64,000 nucleotides of DNA from Octopus sinensis (taxonomy: Eukaryota): positions 17,732,001 to 17,796,000 of the forward strand of contig NC_043012.1 in the NCBI RefSeq assembly GCF_006345805.1, written 5' to 3'. Below the pieces are notes generated by a model that was not told where the DNA came from, did not search any database, and saw only the letters and a program-made list of their open reading frames with translations. Below are positions 26,484 through 41,939 of the stretch, one piece after another; position 1 is the first letter of the stretch; every line of letters starts with the position of its first letter. The position numbers were made by a program, and so were the translations under genes.

Positions 26484-27985
26484 TGGACTTTGATAGTCTC
26501 TGGAGACATGAGAATAACATATAGAAGTCTTTGATGAAGTATAGAGCACAATATTCCACGTTGCTAATTGCATTCGCCTCTCTTTTTTTGTGTTAAAAGT
26601 ACATTTCATAATAGTCTTTGTGTTATACATGCATTTTCCTCATCAACAATACTCTATGGAATTAAGATTTTGATTCCAATGAGTATTGTTACCTCTTTGA
26701 AGATGTCTATCAAATAATTCATTGGCTGTTCCTAGAGAAAGAAAGTCATATGTGAAATAGCCATTCCTTCCTATTATGATGTTGGGTTAGATATTTGAAT
26801 TTAAACTTATGCGATATCAGGAGAAAGTTCTAATTTTTATGTTACCTATTACAAATGGTGTTTTTAATATATAAAACTATTTCATTCTGTTTAGAAATCG
26901 TGAGCATGATATAACCTATGGTTTAATAATTAAATATTTTTTTACGAAGTGAGATATTTCACTAAAGATATAAATATTTAAAATCTGGAGGAAAGTAATG
27001 GAGTGTAATTTTGTACAATAAATTGTTAACCTCTTTCATCGGACTAAAGTGAAAAACATAAGGCACTAACATTTACAAGACATTTTTACGATTTCATAAT
27101 TGGATACAATTCACCAATATCGAAGGAGATTTGAAGTTGGTCAACTTTAAAAAATGGCTACTTATACACTCCTGATGATCATTATTCACGGAGAATTATA
27201 ACAAACTTCGCGTCCTCTAGGTGCACAATGTCGGCGACACAAGGATCAAATTAGCCATTTAACCACGTTAATATACATTAATAATAATATTTAGGAAACT
27301 TAATGATTTCGAATTTAATGCTGTTATGTATTTTGAAAGAGATATTTTTCAAATAAACCGTTTTTCTCACAGCTGTTCGAGAAATGATTAATAATTATAT
27401 ATGATATTACATAATACAAAAGTGAAACATTACGCTGGAAGTTGAATAATTCTATTTCAAAACAATTAGTATTTGTTAAACAATATGTACATGTAAATAT
27501 AATTCTACATGAACATTATTTGTATAGTCATCATAGTGAAATAGTTTTGTTCAATAGTTTTGTACACACACACATACACATATATGTCTTCATCTTTCTT
27601 TTCTTTCTTACCCATCTCTCTTCCTCTTTCCACAATGCTGCTTAGTCAAAATTCCTCATTCGTGAAGGGAGACAACTCTTAAGATGAAAGTATTTGATAA
27701 CCCATTTAATGTCCATCTGAAATCCAGTCACAAGGTTTCGGTTGGTCTCAGGTTATAGTAGAAGACTCTTGCCCAAGGTATCACGCCGTAGGACTGAACT
27801 CGGAACCATATATTATAATATGGTATATTTTGGGCTTGCGCCTATTTTGCACGTACGTAATGAGAAATCGGGCCTAGCAAATCATTCCTGTATGGAAAAG
27901 TGGGTCACCAACAAACATCAAACAAAGGGAAAATAGTAAGATATAGTGACACGCCGACAGTTTTGACAACTTGAAAACGGCTCAG

Positions 27986-28017
<32 letters not shown>

Positions 28018-28116
28018 TGCTGGACTCTGATAGTCTCTGGAGATATGAGAATAATATATAGAAGTCTTTGATGAAGAATAGAGCACAATATTTCACGTTG
28101 CTAATTGCATTCGCCT
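24408..28116. repeat. Diverged tandem duplication A-x-B / A'-B'
   Basis: A 24408-25387 matches A' 26576-27555, and B ~26045-26579 matches B' ~27564-28116. Segment x (~25388-26045) is absent from the second copy. GCCT is shared at the boundaries. Confidence 0.92.
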
Positions 28117-28385
28117 AAATGTGCTAATAAAGGACAGTGAATATAAGCTTTACATTAACACATACATACCACGTCGACATACACACACTTACACATACAG
28201 ACACAGACTCAGAAACACACAGACACATACACACATGTTAGCCTTGTGATGTGAATAGGTTTCTTATTTGGCATCGAAATGCGTTTTTTTTCTTTTTAGT
28301 TCCTTTCAGTTTTCCCCTCCTTTGCGTTCGGTGTTATGAAGATCGTCATACAACTCAAAGAATTCTGTATTGGTTTTACATCTAT

Positions 28386-28723
<338 letters not shown>

Positions 28724-28969
28724 TCATTGGTTCCTGACAAACTCTTGTTTACCTTGTTGTTACCTGCATTTCACTTGCATGGTGTGCCTGCACACCAATC
28801 CCCGGGGATAATACCGGTAACGGATTGCGATAGTATATACAGATATTTTACCATTTAGTCTGATATTATAAACAATGACTTTCTTTAAACTATATATACA
28901 TCGTATCACATTCAGCCTACTTTCAGGGCACTTGACCATTTGATATACTAGTATCATGGCACTCCCGCA

Positions 28970-29160
28970 TTCTTCTTGTTCTTGTTTTTGTTGTTGTAGT
29001 TGTTGTTGTTGTTTTTTCGTTGCAGTTGTTGTTGTTGTTGCTCTTCTTCTTCTTCTTCTTCTTCTTCTGCTTCTTCTGCTTCTTCTGCTTCTTCTGCTTC
29101 TTCTGCTTCTTCTTCTTCTTCTTCTTCTCTTCTTCTTCTTCTTCTTCTTCTTCTTCCCCA
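28970..29160. repeat. Compound (TGT)n/(CTT)n microsatellite with a 9-mer TTCTTCTGC array
   Basis: Read directly from the sequence. Confidence 0.9.
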
Positions 29161-29316
29161 CCAAGAATTCACAAGGACCTCGAACACACAAGAGTAAACA
29201 AGAGAGACAAAGACAGGTAGAGACAAGGAAAATGCAACTTGTATTTGAACACTATGCAAATATTCTTTAAAAAAAATTTCTTTTAATTTTTCCAAAATTT
29301 AATTAGTTTCCATACT

Positions 29317-29358
29317 TTACAGTTGAAAATGTCTCAATGACTGAAACCAGTATTGAAA
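29317..29358 (+). ncRNA. Hammerhead-like motif with U3-A8 variant core (family C, element ~29160-29400)
   Basis: TTACAG TTGAAAA TGTC-TCAAT-GACT GAAA CCAG TA TTGAAA. Confidence 0.55.
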
Positions 29359-29501
29359 TGTTTCTTTATAAAATTACTTTAGCATTTTCTACCTTGACGT
29401 TGTTTCCATATATATCAACTCGTGTTCCTTTTCAGTCCACCTTCTACACCCCACACACACACTCACTCACACGTACACACTCACACACACACACACACAC
29501 G

Positions 29502-29542
<41 letters not shown>

Positions 29543-29959
29543 GTTGTAAAATAACGATTCAGATAAATTAAGGCGTTTGAAAATATATGTCCGATAAACC
29601 TGTGGTTCCGGCCTATGGTTGGTATGTATCAACCCTTCGATAGATAGAGTTCTTGGTTTTGATTGTTGAAGCAGCAGTAGCCAAGGAAAGAGGCGTCGAA
29701 AGGAAGAAGAAAATCCTAATATATGTATTAACTTGCTCAGGGTGTCGAGAGCAATACATAAGCCAAACCAAAAACAATCTACGTCATGGGATGACACTAC
29801 ATAGATCCCAGATCAAAATTCAGTAATTATGTATTTGTGTATATATATATACATGTGCGTGTGTGTGTGTGAGTACGCAAAAATGAAAATATCACTGACA
29901 CCTTATTTTAAGAGATATAGCTACGAAAATTACTTTAAAATATCTTGAAATACTAAAGA

Positions 29960-30716
29960 TTAAATTTATTCAATGTAATCGCCATTGGCTTCAACCATGG
30001 CCTCCAGACGACTTCGGAATCTCCTGGCACTCTTCTGGACAGCCTCTTTGTTACAGTTGGTGACTGTTGCCATAATCCTTGCATTCAGTTCATCTTTGGT
30101 GTTACAAGGAATTTTGTTGATCTCTCGCTCAACTGCGCCCCACACATAATAATCAAGAGGGTTGCAGTTAAATGGCCAGATGTTAGAAGCGAGGTGGTCG
30201 CAGAAATTGTCTGAAGTGATGTCTGGTTTTTCCTGCTTATGTGGCATGGTGCAGAGTCCTGTGGCGAGACGTAGGGTATTCCAACAGCCACACATTTGAT
30301 GCAGGGCAGCACTAACCCCCTCCAGGTACTTGATTTAGGCCTCTCAGTTGTGTCTGAGACGTTGCGGAAGGATGAATGGAGTTAATTTCTTATCAAAACG
30401 ATCAGAACGAGTTTTCAAAGCTACTGTACCTTCTTAATCACAATTACACTCATCCAGCTGTTTCCGAATCCTCTGATCTGTCCTCGGATTGACACCAAAA
30501 CACTCTGAAATGTTTGAATTGTTGCTTCTGGGGCAAGCACTACACATGTTGTTTCCATATTTCTGGCAGAGGTAATTGTGTCGTGTTACTTCTTTTCTGA
30601 GAGATGGTGCCCAACTGACCATCTTGTACTGTGTAGTCGACAAAATCAAAAGCCAAAATGGCGCATGCGCGAAATTAGAAATATAAATACCGACACTTTG
30701 CCCATCGCACCCTGTA
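29960..30716 (-). mobile_element. Internally deleted maT/DD37D-like (Tc1/mariner) transposon
   Basis: NISECFGVNPRTDQRIRKQLDE (HTH region), PYVSPQDSAPCH, NCNPLDYYVWGAVEREINKIPCNTKDEL...RRFRSRLEAMVEANGDYIE*. The minus-strand start TACAGGGTGCGATGGGCAAAGTG is TIR-like. Confidence 0.85.
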
Positions 30717-31329
30717 TGTATACTATATTTGCTGACTAACAAGGAAGCAAGTTGTTTTATGTGAACCTGACACCACAAGAGTTTAATTGAGCCACTTTAA
30801 AATGGTGGTTTTCATCTCCATTATGGAGATGAGGCACCTGACTTCAAAATGTATACTTATAACACTCATAATAATATTTTTTCATCTCCCTTGAAGCGGA
30901 ATGCGGATTTTGGAAAGAAATTGTGTTTACCATAAATTAATTAATTCCTTGGCTTGATCGAGAACGCTAATGTGTACTCAAATAAATTATATTATATATA
31001 TATATAAGTATACATACACACATACACACACACCTTCCACATGTAAAAATATATATTCATATATACATCATGCATTTTGTTGATCTTTGTGCATGTGCAT
31101 ATTAACATGTATAAGATTTCAGATTCTTTCCGTGGAGTTGTAATTTCATAAACATAAAATTATATCTTCATAATTCTGTAAATCATGTGACTTGATATTT
31201 GGTTTCATAACTGCACAAATCCATATGTATACCAGATATTGCCTAATATATCTTGGCTTTAGATAGATGAATATTGTGAGTTCACAGTAGGAGAAAATTT
31301 CAGCTCACCCAGGAATATCATTCATCTTC

Positions 31330-31900
31330 CCATTCATTTTGCTTGCTTTGCGAATGTCTTATTAGAAGCCCATGGACTGGCACTACTTAGACTTTTTGTT
31401 AGTGAGGCCAAATTATGAAACTGTCCTTTATATTTCACAGCAACATATTTGTTAAACGATGTAAGTTCTAAAGTAATTTGCTCAAAGTATTTCAAATTTA
31501 AGTTTCCTATCGGTAGAGATAATAGTGCACTAGTGTCGAAGTACATCTAAGTATGAAGAGTATTATTTCTACAGTGAATATTAAGACCCCCACCACCAGC
31601 AGGTTAAGTATTAAAGTTTATCTATTTTTCTTAAATAAATATCCAAATTCAGTTTGTTTCAAACTGATGATATAGCCCCATCTTTGGAACTTTGGCGAAT
31701 ATGTTCACCACGTCCAAACTCAGTAGTTTATCTGGAATAAATACGGAGCATATTCTGTTGCCTGAGAGGAAAATATACTTTACTTGAGACCAATAACTAT
31801 CTATTTGTGAACCGATTAAATATCCAAGTAATTTGCACAAGCGAGATGTACCGTATCCAAACAATTGACTCTGTATTTCAGGAGAATACACCCTTCGAGC
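31330..31900 (-). pseudogene. Decayed Penelope-like reverse transcriptase fragment
   Basis: KLLSLDVVNIFAKVP resembles LVSFDVxSLFTNVP. Downstream VKYKGQF and a frameshifted xMG resemble YKQxxGxxMGSP. Confidence 0.45.
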
Positions 31901-32399
31901 GCATTAGAGTGTCCATACATATTTCACAGCCTAATGTAATTCAACTGTCTGCATACATTCGAACATATTTTACCCGAGCGGTTTATATAAAGCAGAGCTG
32001 AGACACTTTGATGAAATCTTACGATTTATTGTGCTGGTGATACAAGAAAACGTATCAAATATTTAAAAGACTGACAGGAGAATAGTTTACAGCTTTCTCC
32101 GAATTTATTATATCAAAACAATGCTTAAACATTAAATTGAATGAAGAATTGCAACGCAAGGCTTCTACCGAATGTAACGCAAGTGTAGAAATAACATATA
32201 CTTAGATATATGCCGTCTAAATTACACATGCCGGAAGGAGACCCCCCCCATTTTCCCTGTTCTTATTTGCAGGCAAATAGTGCGATCAGGCTGATGCATC
32301 GTGACATCATTGAGTTGTTGAAGAAAGGGAGGTGCAGTCTGTCCAGCATCTACAGATAAAAAATTGCTGTATTTCAGAGGGGATGTTACTGACAGGAGA

Positions 32400-33150
32400 A
32401 ATATAGACACTTGGATGGTGAAATTTAAAGTATGAGAAACGAGCACCGAAAAATAAAGCAAGCAGTGGCAGAGCATCAACTGCGACTACTGATACAAAGC
32501 ACCAGTAAAAGCAAGAATCGATTGGCACGGACAAATTAAGGGCAAAACTAGGATGTGGTAATAACGTATTACAGAAAGCACTGGAAGATTTCGACTGTCG
32601 ATTTGAAGAAGGGAATGTGGAAATTTGCTCTGACTCTGGAAACATTTGATGACAATGAAGGCACATTCTTTGCGGCCCAAGTGAGAGCAGATCAAAAAGG
32701 CCGAAACGTTATGATCCTGAAACGAGGGTTCATTATATCGAATAGGCGGACAACGCTTCTCGAAGACTGAGGTTTAATAGCCACCGATCAGCCCATTATG
32801 TCATAGCAACTGTCATTTAAATGGTAAGGGTGCCATTATCCTTGACTCCTTAAATCTTGGAAAGGGGATTGTACCCTGGACAGTAGGCGCTACATTAAAG
32901 GGAATTGGGTTGTCTAGAGAAGCCATTAGAAGGAAAAGGGTGAACAAGAATTTGAGAATGATGCATATTGCTGATGGCAATGCGCGGCCACACACACATT
33001 TGGCAACAAATCTAACAAAAAGCAAATTAATTTGGTCAGTGATACATCGTTCACTGTACATCCTGGATATAGTACCCACCGTTTTTCAAATGTTTGGTTG
33101 AATGAAGGAATAGCTCCAGGGACACAAGCGAGATGAAAGTGGCTCTGAAG
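32400..33150 (+). mobile_element. Decayed mariner transposase (third lineage)
   Basis: Pieces YDPETR, KGAIILDSL and REAIRRKR...GNARPHTHLAT...LIWSVIHRSLYILDIVPTVFQMFG*MKE (cf. DNARPH...W-VLPHPPYSPDLAPSDFHLFG). Confidence 0.75.
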
Positions 33151-33993
33151 CATAAGATGCGTTTAATGAAGGTGAAAATGAAATATTTTCTGTGAAGACT
33201 GCGGTAAGTAGTACCATGCTATAGTGGTAGCGTTACTGTACTCAGTTCTGTAATTTGAACTATGTACGTCAGTTAATGAAAGAGTTACAACTCCTCCAAT
33301 TCGCTTCAGGACAACATTCGGAGATGGAGTAGATAATAAGTTTTTATTTCCTACAGTAAAAATACAAATCACGAACTACAATACACGCAGATTTAACTGA
33401 AATCAAATTTAAATTATTCTTGGTTTGTAACTGAAAATTCGTTATTGCAGGAAAATATTGGAAGGTATGCCATATATATGTTGCACTTATCAAAATCTCT
33501 AAGATTCAGAAAGTTTCCAAACCAATAATTATTGTAGCAATAATTATAATTAGAATAACGAAATATGTAAGAATGGAAAAGATCACGGAAGTAATGTTGT
33601 TTTGTGTTTATAAATATGCATATCAATATTTAGAAATCATGCACACAAAAGATACACACAAGCGTGCATACATAAATTTAGTTCTCATCCAAACCCTGCT
33701 AACCTACGTGTGTTGTATGAGAGAGACGAAAAGTGTGTATGTGTGCGTGTAAATTTCCATGCTTATATATCAACAAACGCACATGTCCGTTCGCATATCA
33801 TATATGTGTGTGTGCGTGCGTTTGTATTCGTGTGTGCATGCATGTGCTTCTGTGAGTGTTTTTGCGTATGTATATATATATATATATATATTATATACAT
33901 ACATATATATGTATATATGTATATGCATGTTTATATATACATATATATATGTATATATCCAATATATGTATATATATATACATATATATATAC

Positions 33994-34067
<74 letters not shown>

Positions 34068-35087
34068 ATGCATATACATATATACATATATACATATATA
34101 TATGTATATATATATATATATATATATGCGCTTGTGCACGTTAACAGCAATATGCATGCATGAAAGAATATAATTATTTCAGTTATATAGACAAATACAT
34201 GATTGTCGACATTAGCATATTACTACTACTACTACTACTGTTATCATTATTACCGTTATTATTATTATTATTAGAAGTAGTAGCAGCAATAGTAGTAGTT
34301 GTAGTAGTAGTAGTAGTATAGTAGTAGTAGAAGTAGTAGTGGTAATAGTAGTAGTAGTAGTAGAGGAAGAAATAATAATCTTAATATATATTCTTATCGT
34401 TATCGCTGTTATTTTTGATTTCATTCGTCTACCGTTGATAATTCCTAAGTTCAAAATGCAAAAAAAAAAAAAAAAAATCAACAACACAAACAACAGCAAA
34501 TGCAAGTACAAGAATAGCATCAGCAACAACAACAACACCACCACCACCAACAATAATAATAATAATAATATTGTTATTATTAATAGGAACGTACTTCGCG
34601 AAAATGACAAATTAAAGTATGCATGGCGCAAAGATTAAGGGAAGATTTTATCCCTTCAAGCAAAATATTCTAAACAAAAGAATATCGATTTTAGTCTATT
34701 TTACCTCCTTAAGGTATTAAAAATTCAAAAATTTTCTATTTTCTACATAATATTTAGATTTTTGGTTTTAGCTTGAAAACCATCATACATTCCTGCATGT
34801 ATATACACTAACCGGAAATTCATGAAGTAAGCTATACGTATACACAGGCAGCACATTCATGTATACATGCTTTCAATGCAAAACAAAAATTATTGACACA
34901 CATATACAGACAAAAATGTCGATATATATATATATAATATATATATTGTGTGTGTATATGTGTGTGTGTGTATGTGTGTGTGAATATATGTATGTATATA
35001 TGTATGTATATATATATATATTTATATATATTATATATTATATATATATATAGATAGATAGGTAGGTAGGTACATAGATAGATGGAT

Positions 35088-35205
<118 letters not shown>

Positions 35206-36142
35206 GTTGACTGTTCATATGTTTACTTTAGTATAAATACCTAAAAAAAGTGCACAAAAAGTTACTCATTTACTGTCAGAAATGATTTCAGAAACCTGCA
35301 TTTAAATTTCAAAACATTGGAAAATATTTGTCTCTTTTCATTATTTGATATATAAAAGACATAATTATTTTATTTTCTTTATTGTTGTTTTCACCTTTAC
35401 AATGTTCTTCAGTGATTTTTATTCCCACGTGCCAAACATTCCAGTAACTCTATAATTTCTAATTTTGATCTTGCGTGAAGTTTATCTTTGTATACAGCAT
35501 CAGTCATTGGCCGTTTATACAATCTAATCAGTTTTGCTAATTTTCTTTTAGCTCACATGGCTCAAGCCAATTTCATCGTTATCAATTTTGACTTAGCTAC
35601 CAAATCGGGTAAGCCAGAAAACTAATACATCTTTACAAGAATATCCTGCTCCACTCTGTTTTCAAGTTAGCTGCTGGCAATATATATATGTTTTTCTTGC
35701 TTCTTCAACTAAAATCGAAATAGATTTGAGATTATACAGCCACTGTAGGATTTATTTTGCAATGTGTCCAATGGTTTCTATAAATTTAGCCTCTGGTCTA
35801 TCTAAAATCATTATCTTTCAATAAAATTGTTTCCACACATGATCAATAACTGGTTGAACCTAATTAAGTCGCCATTATATGTAAATATGTTTTCGGAAGA
35901 GAGAATATAACAGATAACTCTTGTAGTATTTGAAGTTATATTCTTCTTTCTTATAGAGCATCCTCTAGTAATTCTTAATCTAGCAGAAAACATTTTCGTT
36001 GTAGCTGAGTAAGCTCGGTGAAACTATAAGGATGTTTGATACGTCAAATTAATTTCCAGTGCATTAATTATCTAAATAAAGTTTCCTATTTCTCTAACCA
36101 CCGAATATACTATTTATACACACACACACACACACACATTTA

Positions 36143-36233
<91 letters not shown>

Positions 36234-36268
36234 GTCTCTATCTATCTATGTATCTATCTATCTATCTG

Positions 36269-36304
<36 letters not shown>

Positions 36305-36905
36305 TATTAAGCTACACGTGCTTTGTAAATCTAAATCAAGACGTACATATAGACTATGGAGGGAAATTACTTTGTGTCTGTAAACACTATCATAAAGCAA
36401 GATTAAAATATAAACAGCAAAATTTTTATTTCTGTAAAATCACGATACGAATTCAATCCAAGTACTACTTATTACCTCGAATTGATTGATTTTTCGCAAG
36501 AATATTGGCAATCTTCGTTCAGCATGTAATTTAGTAGAATGTTAATTTCAGGTTATTAATACGTTCAAATAACAATACTCTGAGAGATCTATACTTCAAA
36601 TGCATCGAATTCCGATCAATATAATAATCATATTTTAAATCCTAGGTGTTCAATGTAAGCGCGGATTGAACCAGGCATAGCATCATAATTTATAAGGCAG
36701 TTTTATTCTATCTTATATTCTCATTCTATTAAATTATGTCCCATTCCTTGATGTTCACACATATGTATATATGTTTACATATATTTATATAATTATATAA
36801 ATATAAATATAATTAATATATATATATAATTACATATATATATATACTTATATATATATATAACTATATATATATACATATATACATACATATATATGTA
36901 TATAT

Positions 36906-36968
<63 letters not shown>

Positions 36969-37472
36969 GGCATGAATTATGAATCAAACGTACACGTCTG
37001 TGTATGTGTATGCGCTTTTATGTGTGTAATTTTATGTGATGCTCATTTGATAACTGTTCTACAATTCGATGTAAAACGGCAATCTTGGAAATTCGTGCAA
37101 TTGGCGTATTCTCTTTGAAGCTCCTATAAGTTTTGAGTTGATTTCAAGCATATACAGAAGCATCGGTTTGAGAGGCAAAACCAGGTTATCTATATAAGAC
37201 TAGTCACAATGAATTTGTCTTAGTTTGATATCGGTTATCAGGTTATAACTTTAGACATGATAACGAGAACTTACAATGAAGTGAATCGCTATTTAACTCA
37301 CTTAAATAAATATTCGCCAAGTAGATGGTACGGAGGTCTTTCAGCAAAAAGTACTATTTGAACTCTCCAGCCAGAAAAAATGGGATTCACTCAGTACATC
37401 CAGAAGCAGAACATATCCTACAAACATTGCTTTTAATGCTTTAACGATTCTCATACACCAACGATAATAATG

Positions 37473-37605
<133 letters not shown>

Positions 37606-37606
37606 T

Positions 37607-37762
37607 AATAAGGGTGGAGCACTTGTTGAAAACAGCACTGTTTGGAACCGCTCAAATACTCCGGAAGGTGCTCGAAAAATATGGAGTGTTACCTTAGTTT
37701 ACTGGTAGGGAGCACCTGACACTATAGTACATCTCCAACGTTAGAAGCTCTGCAAAGGCTAT
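37607..37762 (+). mobile_element. Extreme 3' end of a Dong/R4-type LINE embedded in (AAT)n
   Basis: IRVEHLLKTALFGTAQILRKVLEK is typical of R4/Dong C-termini (LQKxALLGTAxILRKVL). Flanked by long (AAT)n on the left and short (AAT)n on the right. Confidence 0.7.
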
Positions 37763-40269
37763 GATAATAATAAGAATAGTAATGATAATAATCCTTTCTA
37801 TTATAGGCACAAGGACTGTTCTTTTGTGGAGAGGGGAACAAAATTGTGAGGAATTTTGAACGATGCTTTAACGAGAAAGTGGAAAGCGACCTCCTTAATA
37901 AATGCCAGTATTGCATGGTTTCGAGAAAGAGACCGGCATAAAATTCTGGGAGAATACATTTTGAGAAGACGAAAAGAGAGATTTAGAAGCAGGTAAAGAC
38001 TATATGCATAAACCCGTCTTCCAGATTAGAATTGTTACACAATGTTAGGAAGATTAATTCAAATTCTATATTTCAAGGACGTGAAACCAAGGAATAAAAA
38101 AAATTACAGCGGACAATGGCAAGTGTATTTCTAATCTTGGAGACTAAGAGAATGGAGAATTTTTTTCTCTATAAGTGTGCAATATAAAATGACAGTTGAT
38201 AGAGAAATACATTCAAGGTGTTGCGATATCGATTAAAAAAATACTAATCTTGCTGAGAGTTATTTTAATAGAAACGGATTAGTCTTAGCTATTACATGAT
38301 TGAAGATACATTTTAGTGACCTAAAAATTAAATTGCAACATACAGGCTGCATTATTGTTAATGATCAGTCTGCAGTGGGGTGAGAAAATGTTTTCCAACT
38401 GAAGATTGACATGAAAAGTGAATTTTAAAAATATTTCGTGTGTTTTCTGATGGGGAAAATAACATTTCCACGCTGTAACTCCATAAATTTGAACGCGCAG
38501 TCTTAGACAAATTCAAATGCTTCGCATGAAGTTTCGGAATACTTGTTCTAAAAAATTGTGAAAACCTCGAATAGAAAGTGGAAAGCGACTTCTTTAATAA
38601 AAGAAAATAATACGTGGTTTGAATGAAGCGACTGGCATGACAGTCTTAAAAGTACATATTGCAATGAATAGAAAAAAATGAGAGCAATGACTTTGAGAGA
38701 AATTACAAAGAACCAATGAATGATTTACTTGCTCCAAGAGAAATTAGACGAAGGATCATTGTGCTGTGAAATTTAGAAAGAACAAGTGAAGTAAAATATC
38801 GCAAGCAGGAAGTAATATGAAGGTATTGTTTTGACTAGTAAAAAATGACAGTTACAAGTAAAGCTTTACAAAAAGCAATGAAATAACATGCAATTAATTC
38901 AAGTGGAAATATTCTTAAAAAATATTTTGAAGATTAATTTTTCAGAAATTCTGAGACTGTTATCTTTTAATATATATTACAGAGAAAATATCGTGAGAAA
39001 ACTTAATGGTTCAAATAAACCATTGTGAACTATGTATTCAACAGTACGTGTAGACATTTTTTCTTTAAAAAATGAAAATGACAATCCGGGTTCGAAGGAA
39101 TATAAAAGAAATTAGCATCGTATAGATTACTTAATTAGAGAGCCTCTGCGAAGTTGATCAAGATCGTTGAAATAATGAAATCTACTAAAAATTACACTTT
39201 ACTACAATAACAAAAGAAAGGTATAATTGAATATTATGATTGTAGATGGATTCTGGCAGTAAAAACATGGAAGGGTCATGGATGGAATCGTATAAAGCAG
39301 TTGCAGCAGCAGAATCAGGAATAACTTCAACCATAATGACAACAGAAACAACAGCATCAACAACAAGATCGATGAAAACAACAGATTATCCTTTGGTGAT
39401 TGTTTGGAAATAATTACGATGAAGCACAAAACACCATAAGACATAAATCCTTCGTAACTTCCAGTCTAGAAAACATCAATATTGTTTGGGATTTCAATAA
39501 CGAATAAGATCTTTTGTTTGAACGAATAAAACCTGAGATATAATAATATCGTTATTCTTTGAATGCCAGCAGAAACATATAAAATGAAATCGATATCGAA
39601 ATATGAAGCGATACTACAGTTAGAAAATAAACAACGTGAATTGTGATAGCTTTGAAAATATTCATAACTTTTACCAGAAATTATGAGGTCAGAATAAAAG
39701 ATTAAAACGTACCTGTTGTGCTATGTTGCGCAGGAATATTGCCTAGGAGCAGCATTAAATTTTCAGCAGAGAAAAAGAATTAATAATCCGGGAAGTTATT
39801 TATAAGCACCTTGAAGGATCAAATTTGGCTAACTAAATTCACCAGTGAAAGCCGTTGTAATCCGCGTAGTCCGTAAATTTACTTTCCGCTGTCTGTCTAA
39901 TTTGGTCACATAATATAGTACAAAAGCCCAAATATATATATATATATAATTTAGTAAACACAATATATGATTTTTAGGTAGGTAGATCAAGTGGGCTGAA
40001 TCTGATGATTGTATTGGGACACAAGATGTGTGTTTGGCATGTTCCAGCACTTGAAAATGATAGTAGCACATAAATAACTTATACTGTGTTTATTGAATAA
40101 TATTTGTACCTCACAAGGTAGAGTACTTCTTTGTTGATCTAACCATCACGTAGCACTTAGCTACTACTTCGAAATGGTCTAGCTAGGCAGCACATCCAAC
40201 AGTGTGCAGTCGCTGTAGTTGAAACATGTATAGGTCCGGAATATAATGTGCTGTAAATAACTGTTAAAT

Positions 40270-40810
40270 AAAATTATGGATGTGGATATTCGCATTGTTT
40301 GCTTTTGATTTTGTCTACTACACAGTATAAGAGGGGCAGTTGGGCACCGCTAGTGAGAAAAGCAGCAACATGACACAACTCTCTCTACCAGAAATTTGGA
40401 AACAACATGCGTACTGCTTGGTCTTTCGAACTGGAAGATCCAATACGACGTGAACGAAACTCCAATACGAAGCGCTCGAAGCTCCAATACAAATACCATG
40501 AACTCCAATACGAAGCACTGGTAGCTCCAATACGAGCATGTATCAATAGAAGCGTTTAAAGAGAGTGATAAAAATCAAACGTCCAGTCAAAAATCGTGGT
40601 GTTTAGAGTGATCACTAGTGATAGCGACGTTATGCCTCCATTCATCTTCCCACAGGCCTCACACTCAACACAGATGCCTACATCAAGTGCCTCGGGGAGG
40701 TAGTGTTTCTTGGATTAAGAGGCTGGCTGCTGGAGGACCCTATATCTGGCAACAGGATTCTGCAGCATTCCACACAAGCAGGAGAACCCAGTACTGGATG
40801 TCAGACACAA
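40270..40810 (+). mobile_element. maT/DD37D-like transposon fragment
   Basis: 5' region homologous to 30600-30716 (reverse) and 54540-54660. Reads WIKRLAAGGPYIWQQDSAAFHTSRRTQYWMS. Confidence 0.8.
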
Positions 40811-41939
40811 GATATTTTTATGTAATTTTGATAAATATATTTCTTAAAATCAGTTGTCAGTGTTATGTGTTATTTCCATTTTTGTGTGATTTAGATGACA
40901 GTATATTCACCGTATTCGGTATATATATATATGGCGTGTGTGTTATATATTTTCGATTAGAGAAGCTGTCAGAAGTCCAATATGGATTTTGGATGACTAT
41001 ATCATCCATTATATCTAAATTTCTGCAAAGAAAAGGAGCTACGATATGAAGGAGATTTCACTGTTATTTCTTGTAATTCAAAACAATATTTTGTAACTCC
41101 TCTGTTGGCCTTGAAGGCATTCTGACCAAATTCTGCGTAGTATATAGTTACGTCACTTTATCATCACAGATAACATTTCTAACGAAAGATTTAATATTTT
41201 GCAAGAGCTGTGGTCAATTACTGTGGTCGATTTATTTAATTCATCCTATCCTCCACCCAAATATGTAGCTTTATACTTCTGTTAGACATCAATATATTGA
41301 TTTATAACATACATACATTTTGGTTGAGAGAACCAAATAAATGACTGAGTTAAACTTCGTCTCGTTTAGTCCTGCCAAGGTCAGTTTGTTGATAAGTCAT
41401 GCAGGATAGACAATATATGTATACATTTATTAATATATCTTCACACACACATTCACACATACGCATACGCACGCACATGCTCACACACACACAGATACAC
41501 ACATACATTTATTAGGTTTTTACTGGGGTGTAGCGATATCAAAATTCTGGTGTTAGATCACAATATTCATGTTTGAGAATAAAATGTTAGGCAAGGACAG
41601 AGTGTAATATGAAATCAAAGAAATGGTAAAAGGAATAGGAATTACGGAATCAAAATCATAAGCTGACAGCTGTTTCTACTGTAAGATACAATACATTCGG
41701 ATCCGTGTACTTGTGCATTACTTTTCACTTTCTGTAAAATTCTGAAAGCAAATGAATACTTTGGTGGAGAAAATATTTAAATACAAATGTCAGAAAACTG
41801 CATCTTATAAGAGAAACAACTATTGGCTAATGAAGTTGATTCTCTTATTCCTGTTCACTTGTCACGTGTTTAATTATATGTATCTATATATGTTTGTATG
41901 TATGTCATTATTCAGTTTATTTCAAGATTTCTTGACAAT

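Noticed and set aside
40439-40540. CRISPR-like repeat-spacer appearance
   Set aside because: The core is only 8 bp, the linkers are ~14 bp and related to each other, the context is eukaryotic, and there are no cas genes.
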